Shown here: one piece after another, positions 1-13,678 of the stretch | Position numbering within the stretch: the stretch's first letter is position 1 | How the letters are laid out: the number at the start of each line of letters is the position of its first letter | From: Puccinia triticina | Taxonomy: Eukaryota | Assembly (NCBI GenBank): GCA_026914245.1 | Contig: CP110439.1 | Location: forward strand, 7,254,001 to 7,318,000 | Reading direction: 5' to 3' | DNA: 64,000 nt | Notes under the pieces: model-generated | Seen by the model: the letters and a program-made list of their open reading frames with translations, nothing else | Databases searched by the model: none | What the model was told of the DNA's origin: nothing | Translations under genes and position numbers: made by a program

Positions 1-870
1 GCGGGTACCACCCGTGATATTTTTTGGTGTGGCAGCGTCCTGCTGTCCTGCTTGCTCCATCTAGTTTGTTGCCGCCCTTTGCAACAAGCTGGAGGGCAAA
101 AAGACCACTGTTCGCTGGGAGGGACTCCTCCCGGCAAGCACTGGCTCTCCTCTTTGACCAAAGGAATCCCTCCGGTTGAGGAGGAATACACACCTCTGAC
201 TGGAGGAATTGATCCATCCAATTGGAGGCATGTACACCTCTTTGACCGGAGGAATTGATCCATCCAATTGGAGGCATGTACACCTCTTTGACCGGAGGAA
301 TGGCTCCGGTCAAAGAGGCAAGTCCACCCAGCGAGCTGGATATGTGTCCAGCTCGCCCGGTGGACATCTCTTGCCAAGCTGGATACATATATGTATCCAG
401 CTTGCCAAGCTGACTCATCCCTCACCAAGATGGATACACAATATCCAGCTTGGCTAGCAAGGTCTCATGGCAAGCTGGACACATCCAGTTCCCTTGGAAG
501 ATTCCTCTTGGCAAGCTGGATACATATGTATCCAGCTTGGCTAGGGGACTCCTCTCCAGCTCATCAAGAGGCTCTTTGGTGTCCGCAAGCTGGATACAAT
601 ATATGTAGCCAGCTCTGCGGCAGGAGTCCCCTTGGCAAGCTGGATACGCCAAGAGGAATCCCCCCAGCTTACTGGGAGGCCTTCACCGAGCTGGATCTAC
701 CAAGTCCAGGCTCTCAATCCCTTGGGGGGTGGGAGGTACTTGTAGGCGGTACCCGGGTACCGCACCACTTTCCGGCCAAAACCCAGTACCTAGTACCGCA
801 CCTGGCACCGCTGCGCAGGTGCAAGAGGGTACCTGCCAAGCGGTACTAGGTACCCGCCGCGGGTACCAAA
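1..870. repeat. Array of short stem-loop repeats, probably the interior of a non-autonomous element truncated by the window edge
   Basis: 46-bp tandem unit starting at 202, 248 and 294. Repeated palindromes such as CAAGCTGGATACATATATGTATCCAGCTTG (~376-403, ~512-539). GGTACC-rich end at ~750-870. Confidence 0.6.
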
Positions 871-992
871 TGAATATCTCTACCCCAGATGTCCTTGCGT
901 AGCTTCTACGGAGGGACAAGCAAAAAAGGCTGAAAACAGACATCTGCTGCCTAATTTTTTTGCAAGGTAGGGCGTAAGTCCCTCCTTTGGAG

Positions 993-1194
993 TAATGGTG
1001 GGCCGCTAAAGTAAACTTCACCAAACTACACAAATCTAAGCAAGTAAAAACTGCTAAAAAGCTAGATGGATGTTAGTGTAGCGCCACAAACATCCCTCTG
1101 GAGTAGTGCTTTGGCTGTAGTGGAGCACGGTAAGGAATGCTACACTGGTAGATTTGTGTAGATTTATTTAGTTTAGTTTAGCGGCCCACCGTTG
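993..1194. mobile_element. MITE with 7-bp TSD
   Basis: TIRs TAATGGTGGGCCGCTAAA / TTTAGCGGCCCACCGTTG. Perfect flanking direct repeat TTTGGAG at 986-992 and 1195-1201. Confidence 0.85.
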
Positions 1195-2599
1195 TTTGGA
1201 GGGTTGCTTTGCGACAGCGCTCCCGCGCCTCCAATTGAGGGACTTAGCTAAGTTTGGAGAGCAATGCCATATTCTTCATATCCTTTCCACACAGATCTTG
1301 ACAGATGTCAGATAAGACCCAAGGCCAAAACCAATCCCGGCCTCCAGTACTTGGAGCAGGTTTAAGCAACAACCAAGTTTATATTCTGAACCGGAACAAT
1401 TTCTTTACCCTCCAAGTTCCTCCACAAGGTTGTAGGAAGCTGCCCTCTGCCATCAAGGAGGGACAGGGAGAGGCCGACCTGTAGAGACTTGGGCTCAAGG
1501 GATACAGAGATGGGTAAACTATGATGGTAATTGATGATGAACATCCTTGACTGAGCATCTGGCAAACCCTGTGACTAGAGAATGTCAAAATGGACCTGGG
1601 TACTGGTTTCACCGCGGGTTCCTTCACGTTTTTTCCCAAAATCAGGCACCTGTCACCGCAGAGTATGGGTTAAGCACGATTTCTGGAGCAATTGTTCCCG
1701 AGATGTGTTTTGGCCCAAGGGCAGAAATAATATATCTCAGTCTGATACACTTGCAGCCAAACATGATGATGAACGGCATCACAGTCCCGGGAACCACCTA
1801 TCAGCCAATTTTTTGCTTCAGGTGATCTCTGTGATAGGCCTGCAGATTTCCAAAATCCCAACAATCCTTTGATGATCAGGAGCTGGAGAACACAGTACAA
1901 ACCCAGTCAAAAATGATGGTGGTTTGAATTACGCCGTGGGCATGATCAGCACCTCACATGGAAATGTCGGATCCAACCCTTTTTGAACTTAACTAAGTTC
2001 CTCTCTCGCCTGAGGCTTTGCCAGAGGGACTTATGACTAATCTGCAATGTTCACATGAGAGATATTTTTGATTTGGTGGTGTTTTCCTTTGAGCCACCAG
2101 AACTCAACCTTGACAATCTCAAACCTTCTAAGTTTCTGGTGGATGTTACGCCTGCATCTGCCCCTCCTTTTGATATAATTTCAGACTCCCTCGCCTGCAT
2201 CTTCATCCTTATTTTATTTTTTTTAAAACATCCATTTCCTCAAAATTCTTATGACTTCCACCAGATCAGAAAATAACCGTCCGTGCGCTGCGATCTCAAG
2301 GTCTATTTACTAGATGGTTTGGTCTGTGCGCTACACAAATACAAATGAAATCAACATGAGATGGAGTGATGTGATGAACATCACAATTATTTAGTTTTTA
2401 TTCCAATTTTTGACATAATTTTTTTATAGATGGCTGAGCTACATGCAAGAAATATAAAACACATGATAATTATCCTGAGATGGATGCTATTCAGTAAAAA
2501 ACCCAAAACCCTTGAAGCAATCTTATGTTTGAAGAGCTGGACCAATAAAACAATCATACAGATTCAATAATTGATCTGCTTGTTTTTTCTGTTCATTGA

Positions 2600-3860
2600 C
2601 TCCATTTTGTATTGACTGCTACAACGTAAAAAGCTCTTATATGACCCGTAAACAAGTCTGAACCTTCCCATGTTCCCTCACATATCATGTACTGGAACTC
2701 AATCGGAGCTCGGATCAGAGCTGGGGCGTCCCAAGACCAATCCAATCCTAATACCCGTTGGGTTGCTCCGAAATGACCGGGTTTGGATTGGAACCCTATG
2801 CTGAACTCACTGGAATACTTTAGTGAAACCAAACCGGTTCAAATCGGAATTGTGACAGGCAGCGGGCCAGGTGAACTGATTGCCACTACAAGAGGAACGG
2901 CAACTCTGCTTCTGGAGCACGGCGGTTCCCTGACTTTTCACAATGTGCTCTACGTCCTGAAACTGACGCGCAACCTGGTGTCCTTTGTACAACTGATGAG
3001 ACGTCGCGCGCTCATCCACCAGGATCAAGGCGGCTACGCGGTTTGCATTGACAACAGCAAACCATTTGCTGTTGATGTCAACTGGAGATCAAGGGAGTTA
3101 TCAACCCCGCCGGCTTGACTGTTGGCCTGCTCTCTGAAAATAAGCATCAATCTGACTTCTCAAAATGGCATGCCAGACTTGGCCACGCCAGCTCCAAGCA
3201 AATCGCAACAGTGGTGCCCAAGGCTCTTGACCTTACAATAACCCACGCCTGCAATGCTTGATGCAAGGCAAGATAACCAGGCAGCCCTGCACTGGTCACT
3301 TAAAAGCAACCACGTCGGCGCTGGAAGTGATACATAGCGATCTGGTGGGCCCAATCACACCACCAACAAACGGAGGGGCAAGGTACTTCCTGACCCTGGT
3401 AGATCAACACACAGGGTACATACACACGACTGTCCTGAAAGACAAGACTCAGGCAGCGGTGGAAATCACAGACTTCAAAAACCTGTTCAAGCGACAAACC
3501 GGGAACGTCGTCAAGAAGCTCATTCCCAATGGAGGTGGCGAATTCTGTAACCGGTCACTGGGAGAACTCCTGAAAGAAGCTGGAATACAACACAACGTAG
3601 CGCCCCCCTACACCCCGCAGAAAAACGGAATAGCTGAACGGGCAAATAGGACGGTCCTGGACATGATGATGCATGCAAACATGGCTCCAGAATGGTGGGG
3701 TGAGGCAATCAAAACCGCAATGGCGACAACCAACTGTCTACCCTCCCTGTTGAAGAGCAAGAAATTGCCTATTGCACTGCTCTTCAAGGTCTACCCAAAC
3801 ATGCACTTCTTCCACCCCTTCGGCTGCAGGGTATGGGTGGTCAAACCAAAACAAAACTAG
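2600..3860 (+). mobile_element. Degenerate Ty1/copia pol fragment (protease region, GAG-pre-integrase, integrase core)
   Basis: LTFHNVLYVLKLTRNLVS; KWHARLGHAS at ~3162; IHSDLVGPI..YFLTLVD..NGGGEF..PYTPQKNGIAERANRT..HPFGCRVWV. Contains stops and frameshifts and is truncated at 3860. Confidence 0.9.
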
Positions 3861-4071
3861 CCTACCCAGCGCACCTTATACCGGATCACTTCATTCGCTT
3901 TATTCAATTTTCAACAGAGAACCCACATTCCCCCAATGATTTTTTCATTCTTTGGTGTAAGACTCAAAAGCGGTTTTGAAACCCTTTTGCTGAATGGCGG
4001 TGCAAACTCTGCCCTTCTATACTATCAGATAACAAGACCCACCAAGCTAAGCTTGGCAAGTTTTAATCAAG

Positions 4072-4650
4072 TGATAGGTCTGGTCTAGTTCCAGATGAAG
4101 TTGTTTGATGATAGGTATGTGAGAGTTGAGAGTGAGTTCAGTAGTTATTTGAAAATATGAGGGTTGTGGTGAGGTATAGATGTGATGGTAAGTGTGAAGG
4201 TGGTATGTAAATAACTGGGGAGTACTGAGCTGAGGAGCTGACAACTGAGGAGGAGAGAACTCGTTATATAGACAAAAGTGGAGCCCCAGAGGGCTTGTGG
4301 GTTAGGGTTTCAACTAATCTAAACAACAGTGTGAGGGATTTTAGCTGGTGGGAGTAGATACAAATGATGTCATAATATGTCAAGGGTACATAAATGATGT
4401 TAGAAGAATGCAGTAGGGCCGCATGAAGGCTGCGTAAAGTGACAGTAGACTGCACAAGTTGACAGGTGGATGCAGGGGGTGCATAAATGAAGTCTGAGGC
4501 TGCAGAGTCAGTGTGTGATGACATCATAATATGGAAATAGAAGAGTACTTGATAGTATGTAATGACTGTAGTCTGATGGGGAGATGTATGTTTGTATCCT
4601 GTGATGTGTATAAGCATAATGCTGTGATCCTTGACTTGAGGCTTGTGACA
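4072..4650 (-). mobile_element. Possible LTR remnant
   Basis: Minus strand begins TGTCACAAG, ends ...GACCTATCA and contains TATATAA (~4265). No matching TSD found. Confidence 0.35.
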
Positions 4651-4889
4651 GGCTGGTGACTGGGTATGTTGAAAATGTGATGGGTGTCCAGCACTATGAA
4701 AAAAACTCAAGAAACTGCTGTCAGTTGACATCCAGCATACTCAAGTTAATCCTCAATTAGAACAAGGATCATACCCATGAATGCCAATTTTCTTCTACCC
4801 TGCAATCTTTGCACATTGCCTAATTTATGCAAGCTAATTCTGAACTACAAAAAACTTAGCACAGGTTTCAAGATACTCAGTTGAGACCT

Positions 4890-5640
4890 GTGCAATCCCC
4901 CTTTCATGTTCCCCTACCCCTTTCAAGTGCACATACTGATTTCATGTGCGCATATCCCTTTTGTGTGCAAATACCCATTTCATGTGTATATATCCCTTTC
5001 ATGTGCACACCCCTTTCATATTCACACCTTTGCTGTGCATGCACCCCTTTCATCATGCATGCATAACTCTTTCATTTTCACATGCCCCTTTGATGTGTAC
5101 AAACTCCTTTCATCATGTGTACGTAACCCTTTCTTTCACATAACCCTTTGATGTATACATTTCCCTTTCATGAATACCCCTTACATGTGCATTTACTCCT
5201 TTCATCACATACTGCTTTCATGTGCACATATCCCTTTTGTGTGCAAATACCCATTTCATGTGTATATATCCCTTTCATGTGCACACCCCTTTCATATTCA
5301 CACCTTTCCTGTGCATGCACCCCTTTCATCATGCATGAATACCTCTTTCATTTTTACATGCCCCTTTGATGTGTACAAACCCCTTTCATGATGTGTACGT
5401 AACCCTTTCATTTTCACATACCCCGTTGATGTATACATATCCCTTTCATGAATACCCCTTACATGTGCACATACCCCTTTCATCATGTGAAAATATCCCT
5501 TTTATGTGTAAATACACCTTTTTACATTCCCCTTTCATGCGTACATATCCCTTTCATGTGTGAATAGAATTTTGATGTTATTCCTTTCATGTGGAAATAC
5601 CCCTTTCATGCAAGCATAACGCATTCATAGGTGCATGCAC
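4890..5640. repeat. Degenerate CCCTTTCATGTG-type minisatellite with a ~277-bp higher-order duplication
   Basis: Block starting ~4931 recurs nearly identically at ~5207. The overlapping ORFs are artefacts. Confidence 0.8.
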
Positions 5641-5855
5641 TACATCTTTTAATGATGGAATGAACATGGAAAATATTTAGTCTGGAAGACTCATGGAATG
5701 AACAGGGAAGAACCCAGGTTCAAATCAAAGTAATATCAAAGTTATCGCATGTCAACTGACACCAATTTCTTGAGTTTTTTTCACAGTGCAGTGTCCAAAG
5801 AAGTGTAGGTTCCAATCCAGTGGGGTTCAGGTGATGCTTTTCCAGTGGTGACTAG

Positions 5856-6842
5856 CAAGGCTGAAACCGCTGCACTAAAAGTAGTGCAGCGCAGCGCAAA
5901 GCGCAGCGGAAATGGGCTCGCTGCGCTGCACTTTTTTATAGCGATTTTCCGCTAACGCTTCAGCTTTTTGAAAACGGAGGGAAAATTCCTCTTTTTTAAG
6001 CGGACCACAAAAGCGCCTCAGAAGCGCAAAACCGCTGCGTGGTAGCGCAGCGCAGCGGCACTTCGCTAGAAAAGCGGGATTTGCAGCGGCAAATCCCGCT
6101 TTTATAATCTGGGTTCTCGCTTTGCGCGCTTTTCCGCTTTTCACGCTTTATTAGTGCAGCATAGCTAATATTACTGCATGTTTGCCGCGATAGAGAGAAA
6201 ATATACTCAAAAAGAAACAGAAACTAAAAAAGTGACCTATACCCCCTGAGTCTTGGTCGATTTTTTTGGCTGTTTAGTCTTCTTGATGTTGGACGGAGAA
6301 GATAACTTGGGGTTTTTTTTGGCAGCGGCCAGAACAGCCTGACAATCTTCGAAAACCCCACCCAACTTGACCCCGCCGCGTAATCACAAGTGGCTGCTGA
6401 TAGCACGTTCAATTGATCGTATCGCAAGTCCGGCCCGCCCTGATGAACAAACATCAGCGGCAGCTGAGAAGGTGCGCTCCACCGTTGCTGAGCTAGCTGC
6501 GCAAGCAAGATAATTGCGCTTGCTTTTTGAGCTGAATTAACTGCGCAGCGCCAAAAGTGCGGAAGAAGTATCAGCTAAAAAGCGGTGCAGCGCGCAAAAG
6601 CGCCCCAGTAGCGGTTGAAAGCGCACACCGCTATCGCTGCACTTTCCCGCAGCGAAAGCGCCGCTTTTTTGGCTGCGCTTACGCTATTTCATCCAAGGAA
6701 ATAGCGGTGTTTCGCTGCAGAAAGCGGTAGCGCAGCGCGGGGACGCTACCGCTTCAGCTTTTTGGGCTGGAGGGTTAGCGGCGCCCGCTGCGCTGCGCTA
6801 AAATCGCCGCTTTCTGCAGCGTAGCGCAGCTTCTCAGTCTTG
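5856..6842. mobile_element. GCGCT-rich non-autonomous DNA transposon, 7-bp TSD class
   Basis: Left TIR CAAGGCTGAAACCGCTGCACTA; reverse complement of right end CAAGACTGAGAAGCTGCGCTA. Flanks TGACTAG / GGACTAG (6/7). Same terminus family as 63105-63617. Confidence 0.75.
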
Positions 6843-6960
6843 GGACTAGGGGTAAACTTGGCCGTAGAATCCATTTATGAGGTCTGTTTGATGGTATCTT
6901 GAGGCGTATTACAAGTAAATATATGTATGAGATTTTTTTTTTGATTTTTCACTTTTCCAT

Positions 6961-7909
6961 CTACCACATCGGAGGAGGCACAAGATCACTGGTAATGTGA
7001 GCTAGCTGAGAGGCATGTTCATTCTTCATGGCTTCAATCCACAAAGGCTTCTCTTTTGTGCTCGCCAGTGCATCCGCCATCTTGGCTTCCTGAACTAAGT
7101 TGACAATGTTTGTTTGTTTATCAATTGACAATGATGAAGACTGAACAGCAGATTGGCGCTTTGTGGTCACTATATTTGAAGTGTCAATATTACCAAAAAC
7201 TTCTTTACTAGGAGGTCTTGACAACCACTCCCAGCTAGGCTTCAATCAATCAAGAACTTGCTCCGGTAATTTAAAATTTCTGCCCTGATTTGGGTGCAAT
7301 GTTGAGGAATCGAAAACATTAATTGGTCAAACAGTCTCATTGGTACGGATTTGCTGCAACATCTTCTCGGCACGTATCTGTTGACGATGACATAACCATG
7401 CAGCCTTTGTCCCCGCTGACACATCTGAGTCCTCGTCACTTTGAGACTTTGACTCCGAACTCTTACGTTGCCCATTGCTTGAACTGGACTCAGACGACGA
7501 ATCTGAATCACTTGATGACCCTGGTTCATTTCTCTCTTCGGACTCCAATGATTTGCTTGATTTGAAATTGCCATGTAATCGAGTAACATAGCAAGGAAGT
7601 CAACTTTGTGATTCAGTGACTATTTGCAGAAGTGACTTCAGATCTTTGGTTGGCGAAAAATTAGTTGATGTGACATGTATAGACAGTACCACATAGTCTT
7701 GACTGATAACAATTCAATGGACCACCGAGTCATAAAAGCGGGTTGCATCCAAAAACGGTTCAAAACCCAAAAACTGAAGCTTGGTGCCTTTTGGTTGAAG
7801 TTTAAGCGACTCTGGTCAATGAACAATGACTCTAGCTCCAAACGGAATCAGTGGCATGTTGGTTTGATCTGTTTCTATCAGATTGTTTAGTTTTGCCAAT
7901 GCCGATGTA
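6961..7909 (-). mobile_element. Copia element II, 3' part (integrase C-terminus to start of RT)
   Basis: LIPFGARVIVH; GNIDTSNIVTTKR; WIEAMKNEHAS..DLVPPP. Reading frame joins 30969 when the Tc1-like element is removed. Confidence 0.85.
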
Positions 7910-8377
7910 CTGTGTTTTTCAGAATGCTTGATTTTTTCTCAAAATTTCTGGTTTTGCTATGCACTTAAATTTGATTTAAACTTCACACCAAACCTTAATC
8001 CAACCTTGCAATTAAACTTTTTTTAGCACATGCGGATGGAAGATCCAAACTACTTGCCACCTAACCTTCAATGAACCTTAGAAAGAAGCTTTTGAAGCAC
8101 ATGCAGCCTCCATGTGCTTGTCAATTGCTGCGAAGAGCAGCAGTAATGTTGTGGATCCAAGCATTCCATGTCGTGTTGACCACTCACCGGTTTCCCCTCT
8201 TTCCTGCTTTCCCACCAGCCCTGAGTGCAACAACCCCCCATCCTCACCCTGCCTTGTTTGCCCACACACCCAAGCCCCAATCGCCGCTCACACCACATTC
8301 CGTTGGCGTTTGCACACACCCCCAAGTCCCAATTGCCTCTTGCCCCAAATTCCGCTCTTCCGTTTATCAACCTCGCG

Positions 8378-9549
8378 ATGGTCTTCCAACACTATGCTCC
8401 GCCAACAAAAGTGGTGGCCATCCGCATGCTCAACCAAGAATACCACAAAGATGAAATCCCAAATGCTCTTGGAGTCACCATTTCAAATCAATCATTCACC
8501 CGATGGCTTGCTCTTTACAATTTGACTCAGCAGGTTATACAAGACTTGAGGGAATACAAGAAGCGGGGTGCTCCAATGCTCCTCACAAACAAAAACTATG
8601 CGTTCATCCTTGAGCTAGTTCGCACCAAGCCTGGTCTATTCCTACTCTAGAAGAGATACGAGAACACCTGTACAACAAATCTGGTAACCTCTTGAGTGTT
8701 TCTGATCTCCACCAAAACCTCCTTAACAAATTAGAGATTACTCTGAAGAAAGCCAAAACAGTCAACATCAAAAAATCACTCGTGGCAAAGTTCTCTTGGG
8801 TTGAAAAGATGGCTTCGGTTCCCACTGAATACCTTGTATTCACTGGTAAGTCATCAACTCTGGTCTTGTTGTGATGTTGGTTAGACCAATGATTGGCTGA
8901 CTTGCCGCCTGTGTCTGTTTTCTCTAGATGAATCCGGTATATGCTCTCGCAATCTGCTCAGGACGTTCTCCCAATCTAAACGCAGAACAGAAGCCAGTTG
9001 AATTCTCAAGGATCAGAATGCCAGAAGATACAGTCTTATACCAGGAATCAGTTACTACGGTGTCCTGGCCTCAAGTGTGATGGATGATACTGTCAAGGGC
9101 AAGCATTTTGAGCACTTTCTCAAGCACCGCTTGGTAAGTCTGCGAGCTTCATTAGCTGTTTCCTGATAGTTAAACTGACATGAGTGGTTTGTTAGCTCCC
9201 TTGTATGAATCTGTGCCCCGGTATCAACTCCATTCTGGTGATAGATAACACTTTGATCAATTGTAGCCAGAAAGTGGCCCAATTGTGCCGCGAAGTCGGA
9301 GTGCTCCTGGTATACCTTCCGACATACTGTCCTGAGCTCAATCCAATTGAGCTGTGCTTTTCTCTAATAAAATCTAACTTGCGCCAAACTCAGGGGCTAG
9401 TTTACTCCACCGATCCCATCTGGTCGATCCGCCGTGCCTTTCACCGCATTGTAACCCCTGCCTTATGCCGTAGCTTATTCAGTCATTGTAATTACAATTG
9501 TCCGGAATCTGACTTGCCTAGTGATGTACCGCTCCCTGCCACTGACTGA
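8378..9549 (+). pseudogene. Tc1/IS630-like DD34E transposase, 3 exons (8378-8845, 8928-9133, 9196-9549)
   Basis: HTH-like N-terminus, LVFT|DESG, VIDN..YLPTYCPELNPIELCFS with 34 residues between D and E. GT-AG introns. In-frame stops at ~8648 and ~8999. Confidence 0.9.
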
Positions 9550-10219
9550 TATACATGATTGCACTCCTCAAATTACTATTTTTGTGGTTGATTTGTCTTC
9601 AAATACTGTCCAACTCTGAACATATTATGCGCGCCACTCACTGACTGATATACTTGATTGCACTCCTCAATTTCTTATTTCTGCTATTTTTTTGGTCCTC
9701 AAATACTGTCCTAATCCAAACATAAACATACAATGCGTTAGAAATAAATGATATCCTTGTTTGCACTCCTCAATTTCTTATTTCTGCTATTTTTTTGGTC
9801 CTCAAATACTGCCCAAATCCAAACATGCGTTAAAAATAAATGGCCATCTTAAAAAATGCAGTTCAATGAATCTCAAATTGCGAATCCTGGAATTGTTTCC
9901 GAGAGAGGATGACCATATTTTCAGACCTTTAGCTGGTTAACTAAAGCACGCAAGGCACAACTTGTGAGAGCCACGGAAACAGTAATTGACACAGATAGAG
10001 TGCACACAGACCACAGACACAGACCACGGACACAGACCACAGACACAGACAACAGACACACCCAAGCACAGACACACACTGAGTGAGCAAAGACACAACA
10101 CGGTGACACACTGAGTGAGCAAAGACACAATGACAACACGGTGAGAAGCAAAGGAAAAACATTTATAATGTATGTATGGCGGGGCGGATGGACCCAGCAG
10201 GTAGACCAACAACACAAAT

Positions 10220-10365
10220 TCAAACATCAGGATTAACTTGAGGAGTGGCGCCAATGGCCATACTGAGTTGAATTCACTCAACTCCGTCTAGCAGGAGTCG
10301 GCTTGTGCCCAAGGGGAATCCTAGCTTGTTGAGTTCGCTTTTGGAAGATTTACAAAAGAAAGACC
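10220..10365 (-). pseudogene. 3' end of cargo gene B (element I), separated from its body by the KDZ insertion
   Basis: Translates SFFCKSSKSELNKLGFPLGTSRLLLDGVE*, continuing ...GIVHW at ~25135. Matches TFFRSSDEDDLMALGFSIGAARSLWEGV of the gene at 41073. Confidence 0.85.
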
Positions 10366-10489
10366 CACCTGTGGCTAAGAAATACTTCAATTCCATTCCA
10401 TTCTAAATAGTGGAAAACAGGATCTCATCCTCCATTTGGAATGGAAGGATCACTGGAGCTGCCTGCGGTCAGCTCAGGCACGTTCATTC

Positions 10490-12700
10490 AATATTCCAGC
10501 TCACCCAGCTCTGCCTTGTGTAAAAGATCCATCCAGCTCCCCTCCACATCCACAATCCAGCTCACCCAGCTCACTGCAGGCAAAAATACAGCTCACACAG
10601 CTCCCTCTCCACCCAGAAATCCAGCTCACCCAGCTCCCTCTGCAACCAAAAATCCAGCTCACCCAGCTCCCTCTGCACCCAAAAATCCAGCTCACCCAGC
10701 TCCCTCTGCACCCAAAAATCCAGCTCACCCAGCTCCCTCTGCACCCAAAAATCCAGCTCACCCAGCTCCCTCTGCACCCAGAAATCCAGCTCACCCAGCT
10801 CCCTCTGCAACCAAAAATCCAGCTCATGCAGCTCCCTCTAAACCCAAAAATACAGCTCATTCAGCTCCCTCTCCACCCAGAAATCCAGCTCACCCAGCTC
10901 CCTTTGCACCCAGAAATCCAGCTCACCCAGCTCCCTCTGCACCCAAAAATCCAGCTCACCCAGCTCCCTCTGCACCCAAAAATCCAGCTCACCCAGCTCC
11001 CTCTGCACCCAGAAATCCAGCTCACCCAGCTCCCTCTGCAACCAAAAATCCAGCTCATGCAGCTCCCTCTAAACCCAAAAATACAGCTCATTCAGCTCCC
11101 TCTCCACCCAGAAATCCAGCTCACCCAGCTCCCTCTGCAACCAAAAATCCAGCTCACCCAGCTCCCTCTGCACCCAAAAATCCAGCTCACCCAGCTCCCT
11201 GCAAGCAAAAATCCAGCTCACGCAGCTCCCTCTGCACCCAGAAATCTGGCTAATGCAGCTCCCTCTGCACCCAAAAATCCAGCTCACCCAGCTCCCTCTG
11301 CACCCAAAAATCCAGCTCACCCAGCTCCCTCCGCACCCAAAAATCCAGCTCACCCAGCTCCCTCTGCACCCAAAAATCTGGCTCACCCAGCTCCCTCTGC
11401 ACCCAAGAATCCAGCTCACCCAGCTCCCTCTGCACCCAGAAATCCAGCTCACCCAGCTCCCTACGCACCCAAAACTCCAGCTCAGCCAGCTCCCTCTGCA
11501 CTCAAAAATCTAGCTCATCCAGCTCCCCTCAGCTTCCAAAATCCAGCCCACCCAGCTCCCTCTGTACCCAAAAATCCAGCTAACCCAGCTCATCTCAGAA
11601 GCCAAAATTCAGCTCACCCAGTTCCCCTCAGCATCCTAATTAGCTCATTCAGCTCCCTCTGCACCCCAAATCCAGCTCATGCAGCTCACTCTGCACCTAA
11701 CAATCCATCTCAAACAGCACCCCTCCGCACCCAAATTCCAGCTCATGCCCCTTCGCACCCAAATTCCAGCTCATGCAGCTCCCTCTGCACCCCAAATCCA
11801 GCTCATGCAGCTCACTCTGCACCTAACAATCCATCTCAAACAGCACCCCTCCGCACCCAAATTCCAGCTCATGCCCCTTCGCACCCAAATTCCAGCTCAT
11901 GCAGCTCCCTCTGCACCCAACAATCCAGCTCATACAGCTGCCATCTGCATCCAAAAAACAAGCTCACAAATCTCTCCTCAACACCCAAAAATCAGCATGT
12001 AGCTCTCTGAGTACCAAAATCCAGCTCATGAAGCTCCCCACAGCACTCAAAAATCCAGCTCATGCAGCTCCCTCTGTACCCAAAAAACCAGCTTACCCAG
12101 CTCCACTTGCACACAAAATTCCAGCTCTCCCACCTCCTCATAGCACCTAAAATCCAGCTTACGCACCTTGGTCCAGCACACAAAATACCAGCTCACCCAG
12201 CTCCCCCGGCAGCCGAAATCCTGCTCACAAGCCTCCCTCTGCACACAAGCACCCAAAATCCAGCTCATTCAGCTCCCTCTGAACCCAAAAGTCCTTCCCA
12301 CACCCAAAAACCCAGCTCACCCAGCTCCAATGGCACCTAAAATCCAGCTCCTGCAGCTCACCTCGCACCCAAAATTCAGCTCCTTCAGCCCCCTCCTCAC
12401 CTAAAATTCCAGCTCATCAAGCTCCTGTCTGCACCTAAAAATCCAGCTCACCCAAAATCCAGCTCATTCATCTCTGGTTGCACCAAAAAAATCAGCCCAT
12501 GCAGCTCCCCCTGCACCAACAATTCCAGTTCACCCAGCTCCCCCATCATTGCAAATTCTTTCTGTCCCAGCTCAACTCAGCACACTAAAATCCAGCTCAG
12601 CCAGCCCACTGGCACCCAAAATTCCCCACTGGTACCAAAATAAAGCACATTTATTTCCCCCTCCACCACCAAAACACCTCCAGCTCACACAGACCCATCA
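10490..12700 (+). repeat. 33-bp minisatellite, left subterminal arm of the KDZ element
   Basis: Unit CCAGCTCACCCAGCTCCCTCTGCACCCAAAAAT. 231-bp (7-unit) higher-order repeat at ~10825 and ~11056. Units degenerate toward the interior. Confidence 0.95.
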
Positions 12701-13304
12701 GGGCTAACATTAACTGGCTCCCCATCTCCCTTTCATCACCAGTGAGATGCTAGGCAAAAATGAGCTCAACTTAGCCCTTGTGTTAGTGCAGAGGGCTAAG
12801 TGAATTCTTCTGCAGCCATAATGTTAAACATATGTCAGTATCAGGACTGTTTTGTTAAGTGCAAGACTAAAAAATCATCTTTTACTAATAACAGGAATTC
12901 AATGAATGCGCAAAAAGGATATTTATGTTACCAAAATTTCGTGGAGAAAGTCAAGTAACTTAACTACCCACAATGCTGGTTTAGGCACTACCAAAAATTA
13001 CCATTTGCACTACCAAACTTCCTACACCACAATATATCTTGGGGTGCAGAATTCTACAGACCAATCTCTTCCACCTGTGCATCAAAAAATTGATGGAGTA
13101 CTCACTACTAACAAGAGCAATTTGAATTCCTGCCCCAAACCAGACCGCCATTCAAGAACATACAACCCTCTTGATGACTGGTACAGACTGGTCATCAAGG
13201 GGATATGTACAACTGTATGAGATTGGTCTTGCAACCTTCCAGATCATGTTCTTTGGTGAGATCACAACTTGATTGCATGTTGATATATACGTGTGCAAAA
13301 AAAC

Positions 13305-13385
13305 CCTCCACACCCACACCCACACCCACACCCACACCCAAACCCAAACCCACACCCAAGCCCACACCCAAGCCCACGCCCATAC
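13305..13385. repeat. (CCCACA)n hexanucleotide microsatellite
   Basis: Direct reading of the sequence. Confidence 0.9.
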
Positions 13386-13482
13386 CCTTTGAAAAAGAAG
13401 GTGTGCAGGGCACACCTGACTTTTTTGGAAGTTCTTGGCTCTCATGCCCTTGGCAAGAAACCCTGCATGTTGTATATAATTA

Positions 13483-13678
13483 GGGTGTTCAAAGTTGACT
13501 TGCATAAAATCGTAACATCATAAAATCATAAAATTCCAAGCTGAAAAAATATGTTGCACCCAAGCACTCAAATTAGAGCAAAATTTCTAGAATGGTACAT
13601 ATGAAATCATCACTTGAAAGTTTTATGATTTTATGATTTTATGCATTGAAAATTTTATGATTTCAACTTTGAACACCC
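13483..13678. mobile_element. PIF/Harbinger-type (Tourist-like) MITE
   Basis: Perfect TIR GGGTGTTCAAAGTTGA. TTA duplication at 13480-13482 and 13679-13681. Confidence 0.9.

Noticed and set aside
185..700. CRISPR-like regularly spaced palindromes (also 33740-34070 and 60850-61760)
   Set aside because: Eukaryotic context, no cas genes, degenerate repeats and non-unique spacers.
1250..2280. Possible decayed gene on the minus strand
   Set aside because: Only short ORFs without a recognisable family.
5848..6849. hAT assignment with an 8-bp TSD
   Set aside because: An 8-bp match requires borrowing the terminal G of the TIR. Sister elements show 7 bp unambiguously.
10436..12010. 524-aa and 270-aa Pro/Gln-rich ORFs
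   Set aside because: They are translations of a stop-free 33-bp minisatellite open in several frames and on both strands. The region is a transposon arm.
13152..13523. (WV)n, (PT)n and (HP)n ORFs; also 4881-5563 and 9921-10281
   Set aside because: Simple-repeat translations.
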